Assembly: GCA_016699935.1 (NCBI GenBank)
Contig: CP064992.1
Coordinates: 660,001-692,000 of the forward strand
Direction: 5' to 3'
Length of the DNA: 32,000 bases
Source of the DNA: Candidatus Saccharimonadota bacterium
GTDB lineage: Bacteria; Patescibacteriota; Saccharimonadia; Saccharimonadales; UBA4665
Positions 17,399 through 24,980 of the stretch are shown here, piece after piece. The position numbers and the translations under genes were made by a program. A model generated the notes under the pieces. It saw only the letters and a list, made by a program, of their open reading frames with translations, searched no databases and was not told the DNA's origin. Numbering within the stretch: position 1 is the stretch's first letter; every line of letters begins with the position of its first letter.

Positions 17399-18333
17399 TT
17401 AAGTTACCCAGCTTATACCGGTGAAGTTCAGGATGGTGTCACTGCGCCAGGTGTTCGTTTTGGGGTCGTAAATTTGGGTTGAAACCGTACCAGCGGGGAT
17501 ATCAAATGTACAAACTCGAGTTGGATTGCTTGAGTAGTCGTGCCAGCAATCCATCAGGTTGTATGTTTTATGCCCAGTCGTAGGGCTAGTAGAAATAGAG
17601 TTTGACCACACGGGCAAGTGGCCGGAAAAGGTAAATTTGACGTTCGGATTGTCTTTTATGATGGTGTTATACAGTGTTTGCGGGCTGGTGTCGCCGTAGC
17701 CGGCGTTACTGCCGCTAACGGCACCATTTCCCTCAAGGTACATGTGCGTCAAGATAATCACATTGTGGTTGGCATGGGACTGTATGACACCATTAGCCCA
17801 CGTATAAACGCTAGCGCGCGGGCAAAATTCTAGGTTCATTACCAACCAATGTAGCCCGGCCGCCTGGAATGTCCGGTAGGCATTGTCGACCTTTCCAGTC
17901 TCAAAAACACCTGCAATATTTGGGAAACGCGAGACCGGAAAGTAGCTGTTAAATGTGCTGGAATTACGCAGGTTGGTGTTGACATTGCCAGGTGCCGCAC
18001 CCCCGCCGTATTGCACTGCGGCGGTGTCATGGTTGCCGATGCAAAGTGCATAAGGGAAATTGACTGCATCTAGAATGGCGAGCCCAGTGTCGGCCCTTTC
18101 GTAGTGAGTGTGTGTTTCATCATCCCAGTCAACAAGGTCGCCGTTTTGCACCATAAACTTTATGTTCAGCGCCACCTGATTATCTCGTATCCAGGTCATG
18201 CGCTCGGCAAACATAGCGGTACGCACCGCGCTACTATTTTCTTGTTGCGTGTCAGGTACGGCAACGAACGTAAACTGAGTCTCCTCGAAAGCAGTGTACC
18301 TGCAGCAGCTTTAAATGATCGACGGGTAAACAT
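17399..18333 (-). CDS. Calcineurin-like metallophosphoesterase with an N-terminal RR tag, with one frame break near 18285
   Basis: An SD AAGGAG precedes the ATG at 18333, giving MFTRRSFKAAAGT. The sequence then continues (shifted) as ..EETQFTFVAVPDTQQE (motif I) into ORF 17399-18226. That ORF contains QNGDLVDW, CIGNHD, ILTHMY and FSGHL. Confidence 0.8.
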
Positions 18334-18402
18334 TCTGTGGGACTCACTCCTTTATGTAATTAGTATAGCTCATACGTTTTCATTGATGCTATAGTTGATT
18401 AC

Positions 18403-18765
18403 ATGGAAGAAAACAGCTGGTATCGCTACATAGTTTTGCTAGATGGGATCAAAAGTAACGAAGGGTTGTTGGCTCCACCTGAGCGAATTGCCTATGCCTT
18501 TCATACTTTTTCACTTCATGATGAGAACGTCTATGAACCGACAGGAGACGTCACCTTTATGTCGCCCAATCCGGACACAAAAGTCCTGGAAAGCAGCATA
18601 GAAAGAATGATTGATGCCGTTTTGCACCTTACGGTAAAGGCAAGGGTAATGAGGGTTGAAGACGTCTTGGCGCTACTAATGTCTGCCCAGGATGAGTTGT
18701 TGGAAATTGGTGGCTTCACCAGGAGCATAAACGATCTGAAGGCAACGTTACGTATATCCGGATAG
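18403..18765 (+). CDS. Hypothetical protein (120 aa)
   Basis: This is an intact ORF divergent from the phosphoesterase gene. I recognise no motif in it. Confidence 0.45.
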   Translation: MEENSWYRYIVLLDGIKSNEGLLAPPERIAYAFHTFSLHDENVYEPTGDVTFMSPNPDTKVLESSIERMIDAVLHLTVKARVMRVEDVLALLMSAQDELLEIGGFTRSINDLKATLRISG

Positions 18766-18792
18766 CGCTCTGCTGCATAGTGACCTACAGAT

Positions 18793-18850
18793 TGGCCCAA
18801 ACAGCGGCGAAAAAGTCTTTTACTGTCCCGATATGTCGATGGTATCGTAG
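18793..18850 (+). pseudogene. Relic 3' end of a paralogue of the 15747-17225 gene
   Basis: 18803-18850 matches 17178-17225 at 44 of 48 nt. It encodes SGEKVFYCPDMSMVS* versus SGENVFYCPDMSMVP*. There is no matching gene body upstream. Confidence 0.75.
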
Positions 18851-18905
18851 GGTATCGCGTAGGAAACATAGAAAATCCATTCTTATATACCATTAGCGTA
18901 TAGCG

Positions 18906-18911
18906 TATAAT
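18906..18911 (+). promoter_or_regulatory. TATAAT box 8 nt upstream of the SGNH-1 ATG (leaderless-type arrangement)
   Basis: The sequence agcgTATAATcgttgcatATG has no SD. Confidence 0.35.
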
Positions 18912-18919
18912 CGTTGCAT

Positions 18920-19805
18920 ATGGCAGCTTTTGCTAGGAGAATGTTATCGGGCGCTGCGGGTAGATATGATATCCCGGCTGAATTTGCAATCTGGGGCTCT
19001 TCATCTGCACAGGGCTACCTCGGTGGTGGTGTTAGTGTGGGTAGCGAGCTTCAAGCTCGGTTCGGTATTCCGACCTACAATGGAGGCGTTGGTGGACAGT
19101 GGTCAACCCATATTGCCGCCCGCCAAGGTGGGCGACCAGCTCTACTTTCTTTGAGCGGTGGCTCGATCCCAGCCTCTGGAACAATCGCAGCTACAACTCC
19201 GACAATGCACATACTGTCTTTTTCGGCGACGGGCAGCCTACAAGGGGTAAATGGCACGCTAGCTTCTTCGGGCGACCTCACGACCTACCAATTTACCCGT
19301 TCAGTTAGTGGTAGTGTCACGGGTGTACCAAACGATACGCCATTTATACCTACCCAGGGTAGCCAACGCCGCGCAAACGGGACAATTATATGGTCCGGGA
19401 AGAACGATATAACCAGTGGTTCTGGCAATATGACAATTTGTGCTGAATCTGTTGATTCTATGGTGGCATATCTCTTTGCCTAGAACTCGGTATCTTGTCA
19501 TGGGGCACTTCGCCAATAGCACAATGCCTGTCGGTAGCTCTGCTCGTACTAAGATGGACGCTGAAAACGCGCGACTAGCAAGTGTATACGGTGGTCGCTA
19601 CGTCGATGTCTTTGCCTATTTAAAGTCCAACCAGGTTTGGATAGATACGGGTGTAACGCCAACAGCAACCGACCTATCCGACCAAGCTGCTGGCGTTATA
19701 CCGACAAGCCTGCGCGCCGACACAGGCCATTTGAATGGAGTTGGTTATGCTGCGGTGGCCTTGTTGGTAGGCGACATGATTGTAGCCCAGGGCTGGCTCG
19801 GATAG
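18920..19805 (+). CDS. SGNH/GDSL-family hydrolase with an N-terminal RR tag, with one frame break near 19468-19478
   Basis: The product reads MAAFARRMLSGAAG. It has block I IWGSSSAQG, block II GGVGGQ and block III SGKNDI, then continues in ORF 19440-19805 with block V ADTGHLN. Confidence 0.75.
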
Positions 19806-19880
19806 TGACTAACGTTTCATGGTGATACCATCAAAATAATCTGGGCACATTATGAGTATAAAAGCTTAATCAGCTTAGGC

Positions 19881-19886
19881 TATAAT
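19881..19886 (+). promoter_or_regulatory. TATAAT box 7 nt upstream of the beta-helix gene ATG (leaderless-type arrangement)
   Basis: The sequence aggcTATAATaaatgctATG has no SD. Confidence 0.35.
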
Positions 19887-19893
19887 AAATGCT

Positions 19894-21812
19894 ATGAGCA
19901 TAGCAGCGAGGAGGATGCAAAGAGCAGCGCAGGTCACAGTCAGTGGCGGTGGTAACCCGACTGATGGCGCTGGTTCTTTGGCCGTAGGGGAGGCGAGCTA
20001 CGCCGTACCGGGAGATGCAATTTACGTCGCGACCGACGGCAATGACACGACTGGCACCGGTTTGGTCGGTGCGCCTATAGAACACTAGTGTGCAGCGATT
20101 ACGGCTGCGACTAGTGGCAAAACCATTGTTTTGAGAGCTGGCGTGTACCACGAGGGTGGCACAAATCACGTTTCTGCCATTGGTGTTCAGGTGAACAAAA
20201 ATAACCTCACCATTCAAAATTACCCGGGAGAAGCCGTTTGGTTTGACGGTTCTAGCGTTCAAACTGGTTGGACGCAGAGTGGTGCAACTTGGTCAATCCC
20301 ATGGACGAAAGTATTTGACCACAGCCCCACCAGCACTAGCGGGGCAGCTGATGGTTCTACGCCTGGCTGGCAGTGGATCAATGCAAACTACCCGGCGGCA
20401 CCGTTTCCTGAACAAGTTTTCATAGACGGCGTAGCGCAAACGCAGGTGACGTCGCTCGGCGCATGCGTTCCAGGCACGTTTTTTGTCCAGGGTACGACCA
20501 CTAACATGATATTTAGTCCGACATCGCTTTATATAGGCACGAACCCGGCTGGTAAAACGGTCAATGTGACCGACTTGCACAATTTCCTCAACCTAGGCGT
20601 TGGCTACACCGGGTTGACACTTCGTGGCTTTGGTGTTCGTCGCTACGGCAATGCCTTGCCGCAGTACTCAGCATTGCGTTTTGATGGCAACAACAATACA
20701 ACCAACTGTCTGCTAGAAAACGTTGTCATGGAAGATATTGCGACCATGGCTTTTAGCTCAAATCAATGCCATGGCAACGTGATTCGTCATGTTACCGTGC
20801 GGCGGGCTGGCTACCGTGCTCTCGGGGGATACCGTTCAGACAACCTGCTATTTGAAAAATTTCTTGTTGAATTCACCAACACAGAGAACTTCAACTCTTC
20901 GCCCGACTCTGGAGTTATCAAAGTTACCCAGTCGCAACATGTAACTGTTCACGGCAGCATCTTCCGGGATAACAAGTGCAAAGCCGTCTGGTTCGATATG
21001 TCTGTCTACGACATGAATGTCTATAACAATGACTTTTTACGCAACAAAGACACCGATGCGTTTTTCGAAATCAGTGGCACGGGATATGTGCAAACAATTT
21101 GTTTGTCGACAACCCAGCAGAGGCCATCAAAGTTAACAACACCGACAACATGGAGGTCTGGAACAACACAATTGTTCGTTGCGGCAGCCTGTCGCAGCGG
21201 CTCAATCCCGATACGTCCAATCATGGCAATGGCGATCGACGGCCACTGGCTGTCTACCAAGAAAATCGCCGGCCTGCCAATACAAGCTACGGGCTCGATG
21301 GCCGTTACCCGCTAGGTCACGCTATGTACGGCACCTTCATGACTTGGCAGATAAACGACATAGACATACACAACAACATTGTTGTCGATACGCCTGCCAA
21401 TGCTTACGCCCAGTTTTGTGTAGACGACCAGCAGGTTCAGTCTGGCGGTACAAACCAATTGCTCGCCTCATATGGCGTGGTCATGGATGGCAATGTTTTT
21501 CACTGGACGAGCGCACCGTCATCGTCTTACCCCTACCCGTATATTTTCCCACCTACAACCATTGGCGTATCGACACCGGTGGTCTATACCACTCATGCAG
21601 CAATGGTAAGTGCAACGTCAATAAACCCAAATGGAACCGAAATAAACCCCAAAAACTCTGGTACATCACTCCCGTCACCGATAGACAGTTCATACGTGGT
21701 CAAGAGAGCACATGCTGGCTTACACACCAATGCCACGGCTCTTGCCCCTACAATAGCAACGCTAATCGGCCAAACCGCTGGCACCAAACACGCCGGCGCT
21801 TGGCGCAGCTAG
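19894..21812 (+). CDS. Right-handed parallel beta-helix (pectate-lyase-fold) protein with an N-terminal RR tag, with at least 3 frame disturbances
   Basis: The product reads MSIAARRMQRAAQV, then DAIYVATDGNDTTGTGLVGAP..ITAATSGKTIVLRAGVYHEGG. It has repeated turn motifs (NCLLENVVMEDI, GNVIRHVTVRRAG, VHGSIFRDNKCKAV, NVYNNDF, EVWNNTIV, DIHNNIVV). An in-frame TAG at 20086-20088 lies in a patch where PYRTL reads in another frame. A shift near 21090 joins ORF 20131-21315 to ORF 21099-21812. Confidence 0.75.
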
Positions 21813-21827
21813 AAAAGCAAAGAAATT

Positions 21828-23054
21828 ATGTCAATCAGCGCCCGACGGTTACAACGAGTCCAGCACATCGCATCGGAGCAGCCGTTTGGTGTTTTATATG
21901 GTCGGACGATTACGCTCAATCAGCATACATTGGCTGACACGCCTGCTGTTATTAGCGCTGGTACGTCACGGTTTACCTACAAAATTCAGCAAAATGTGAC
22001 AAAAATTCGCCTGACCTTCATGAACTGGTATAACTCTAGCTACAAAGCTACGCAATATTGCACCGACAATCCAAATACGGCAGCGTTGACCGTGCAGGCT
22101 CTTGTCTTCGGGCCAGGGTCTTCTACCGGAACGGCCGTGACCGTTAGCGGTAGTGCTTCGTGGGCTGTAAATGGCGGCGGATGGGTACAGACAGACTGGA
22201 TAGCCGTACCGATGAATGCTGGCGACTTATTCGATGTGCAAACCTACGTTTCAGGTACACAGTGGTACCCAACGCTCGTCTATAGCGGTTGGTGGACGAG
22301 TGGTTCCAATCAAGCGACTGGCGGTTCTGCAAAAATTACCAGTGGTGCAGGCGTGAGCACCGGAATCTACATGCCCGCAGTCATAACTGGCGACCACTCA
22401 AGCAGTGCAGTACTTATCATGGGAGACTCAATTGCTTATAACTCAGCGCTGCCAAGCATCGGCTATATCGAAAAAGGTTTGGATGGCAGCTATGGCGCTA
22501 TAAACGCGGCAGTCGCTGGCGATCGGCTGTATTGGGCGTTGGATGGTACGCACCGCGATGAAAGCTGGTTGTTCAACGCCGATGCGAGCACGGTGGTCGT
22601 CGAATATGGACGCAACGATCTGAGCGACGGTCGCACACTTGCGCAGTTGCAGGCCAATCTTATCACGCTCTGGACGCAGCGAAGCGGTACTGGTCAGCGC
22701 GTCATTCAGACAACCATTACGCCCAATACGAACAGTACCGACTCGTGGGCGACCACGGCCAACCAGACCGTTGTAAATGCAACCGTCGAAGGTCGCCGCG
22801 TGCAACTAAATGATTGGCTGCGAGCCGGCGCACCGACAGTCGGTGGCGTAGCTGTCGCACCCGGCACGGGCGGGGCATTACTGGCTGGCCAAGCGGGACA
22901 CCCACTGTACAACTACTGGGAAATAGCCGACCATGCTGAATCAGCGCGCAACTCTGGCATATGGAAAGTCGGCTACACGGGCGATGGCCTCCACCCTACC
23001 GCAACCGGCATAAACGCACTGTCTCTAGGTGTCGATCACGCAATGATTGTCTAG
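21828..23054 (+). CDS. Two-domain SGNH/GDSL hydrolase (N-terminal beta-sandwich-like domain) with an N-terminal RR tag
   Basis: The intact 408-aa product reads MSISARRLQRVQHI. It has block I LIMGDSIAYN, block II AVAGDR, block III EYGRNDL and block V GDGLHPT. Confidence 0.8.
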   Translation: MSISARRLQRVQHIASEQPFGVLYGRTITLNQHTLADTPAVISAGTSRFTYKIQQNVTKIRLTFMNWYNSSYKATQYCTDNPNTAALTVQALVFGPGSSTGTAVTVSGSASWAVNGGGWVQTDWIAVPMNAGDLFDVQTYVSGTQWYPTLVYSGWWTSGSNQATGGSAKITSGAGVSTGIYMPAVITGDHSSSAVLIMGDSIAYNSALPSIGYIEKGLDGSYGAINAAVAGDRLYWALDGTHRDESWLFNADASTVVVEYGRNDLSDGRTLAQLQANLITLWTQRSGTGQRVIQTTITPNTNSTDSWATTANQTVVNATVEGRRVQLNDWLRAGAPTVGGVAVAPGTGGALLAGQAGHPLYNYWEIADHAESARNSGIWKVGYTGDGLHPTATGINALSLGVDHAMIV

Positions 23055-23357
23055 CTTTCCTGACCTACACTTTACTTTATTGACCACTAAAGAAAAACGA
23101 CCGAGCTGGTTCCGTCTGGCCTGGGAATATCCGTAGCGGCTTCTTCTTACGCCGCCGCTACCACCGATCCCGGTGGCTCGGTTACAACGGGGAGGGCAAA
23201 AAGTGAGCGTGGGTCAGCTAGCTTTCCTTTAGCGGACTACCGTGTGCTATATTTATAAGCAGTATGAGAGAGTCGATTCATAATATTGTGGTAGTTGTAG
23301 CTTGGGATCTCGCTGCACAATCAGCAAGAGTAGAACAGTTGGGTTGTAGGTGACCAT

Positions 23358-24207
23358 ATGACGTTTAGTCGCAGAATGGCTTCAGCTGCAAATCCGAGGC
23401 CGACCTATTATGGAGCCTGCCCAACCAATCCTGGTGGTGATTCGCTAGCCGCAGCAACGACTGTTCTTACTAAATGGGGTACCCGGGTTTCGGTGAGGCA
23501 ATTTACGGGTGCTACGCTCACGCCGCCCAATCATCCTGCGGGAGCATCGGTTGTTCATACTACCTACAAACCTAGTGTCGCAGCGGTATTAAATGGTTCT
23601 CTAGATGCTGATATAACGACACTCGTTTTAGGTACACCCGATGGCGATATTATTGAATTTTGGCACGAGCCTGATAATGATGGGCTGACTGGCCAGGGTA
23701 TAACTGATATGATTGACTGCAAAAATTATCTCTATGACATGAAGCAAACATTGAAGCCTGGAGTGCGGGTTGCGGCTACGATGACAGGCGGTTTTTTTGC
23801 CTCGTATACATCGCAAGCAACGCGTGATTTGTGGGATGGGCTTAGGGGTGACCTCGTGGGTGTCGATTGCGATGGGGTGCATGATGCAACCGGCCCCACC
23901 TACGATATGACGTATGCCGATGAGCTTACAAATGTTCTTGCGTTCATGAAAAAATCATGCCCACGGTTGGTTTGGATGGACCATACCAGAAATGGGCACG
24001 TCACGGCAGCCGTGGGATACCGACGGAACGGCACGTGCGCTATGGTTCGAGACGCAGTTCCAGCTGCTTGTAGCAATGCATCCATATGCAATCATGCTGT
24101 ATGACTACAATACGGCCGCTCACAATCTGCCTGATGACTACAATGCGGTCTATGCCACAACACCCGAATTTGATGTATGGAACGCTGCGATTGCGACCAA
24201 CCCATAA
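23358..24207 (+). CDS. Clan GH-A-like (GH26/GH5-like) TIM-barrel glycoside hydrolase with an N-terminal RR tag, with one frame break at A-run 23949-23954
   Basis: The product reads MTFSRRMASAANP, with FWHEPDND (acid/base-type HE/NEP motif). After the shift it reads NHAHGWFGWTIPEMG (nucleophile-type motif) and continues into ORF 23992-24207. The family assignment comes from motifs only. Confidence 0.55.
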
Positions 24208-24237
24208 TCTTAGCGTCAAAATTCTTTACAAACAGGG

Positions 24238-24594
24238 GTGAAGGTGCTACAATTTTTGGTATACAAAGTAAGGTTAGGTAAACGGAATGAAAAAGCAGTT
24301 ATTGCTACCGGCGGCAAACAATATGTCGTAGCCGAAGGTCAAACACTTTCCATCGAGCGGCTCAAGACTGAGGACAAAACAGTCAGTTTCGATGCAATGC
24401 TCGTTGTAGACGGCGAAAAAACTACCGTAGGTGCACCATTTGTAAAGGGTGTAGCAGTAAAAGCGAGCGTGGTTGACGCAGAAGCGCGTGCAGAAAAGGT
24501 GACAGCCATACGCTACAAAGCCAAAAAGCGCGTTCATAAGGTGCACGGACACAAACAAGCGCAAACAGTTATTCAAATTGACAGCATAGCCTAA
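24238..24594 (+). CDS. rplU: 50S ribosomal protein L21. The true start is probably the ATG at 24287, with a frame slip in A-run 24290-24294.
   Basis: The product reads (MK)KAVIATGGKQYVVAEGQTLSIERL...VTAIRYKAKKRVHKVHGHKQAQTVIQIDSI. MKKAVIATGGKQY is restored if the A5 run is read as A6. No rpmA follows. Confidence 0.88.
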   Translation: MKVLQFLVYKVRLGKRNEKAVIATGGKQYVVAEGQTLSIERLKTEDKTVSFDAMLVVDGEKTTVGAPFVKGVAVKASVVDAEARAEKVTAIRYKAKKRVHKVHGHKQAQTVIQIDSIA

Positions 24595-24610
24595 GCTTTT
24601 ACTTTTTGAG

Positions 24611-24871
24611 TTAAAGAACATCCGTTTTTAGTCGGATGTTTTTAATGGCTGTGGATAAGTTTTCATAAAATGAGTAATAGTGGTAAATAAAGCTACGATA
24701 TTTAAAGCTTGATGAATGTAGATTTGGCATATAGAAAATACAATTAACAGGGTAGAAAAATAAACGTAGTAAACAGCACAACCAAAATACTCTGTTTTTG
24801 ATAAAGAAATGAGTAAAAAATATGTATACTTTTTTTGTTTTTCTCTTGAACAACTTTTTTATTTCACGCAT
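24611..24871 (-). CDS. Possible small basic/hydrophobic protein (86 aa) in an AT-rich spacer
   Basis: An 86-codon open frame in very AT-rich DNA is less likely by chance. It has a hydrophobic stretch VFWLCCLLRLFFYPVNCIFYM. There is no SD and no recognisable motif, and the 3' end overlaps the rplU terminator. Confidence 0.25.
   Translation of the reverse strand: MREIKKLFKRKTKKVYIFFTHFFIKNRVFWLCCLLRLFFYPVNCIFYMPNLHSSSFKYRSFIYHYYSFYENLSTAIKNIRLKTDVL
24617..24643 (+). terminator. Rho-independent terminator after rplU
   Basis: AACAUCCG-uuuuuagu-CGGAUGUU forms an 8-bp stem running into a U-run (24639-24643). Confidence 0.75.
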
Positions 24872-24980
24872 ACTTTTGGGCAGGATAAGCCAAAAACAAA
24901 AACACAGGCAAAATCCGAAACAAATATTGGTCTCTCAAAACCAAACCGAGAAACCAACACAAACACCTTAAACAAACCAA

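Noticed and set aside
18286-18333. Canonical Tat signal peptide on the metallophosphoesterase (MFTRRSFKAAAGT..)
   Set aside because: The RRxFK motif resembles a Tat motif. However, the following hydrophobic stretch is only about 8 residues before the first catalytic strand (FTFVAVPDTQ), and the junction is blurred by a frame break. The other four RR-tagged proteins have no h-region at all.
15747-24207. Prophage or phage tail module
   Set aside because: Tail-fibre/tailspike-like folds are present. However, there is no integrase, terminase, portal, capsid, tape-measure or att-like flanking repeat in the window, and housekeeping genes flank the block directly. This cannot be fully excluded without the wider genome context.
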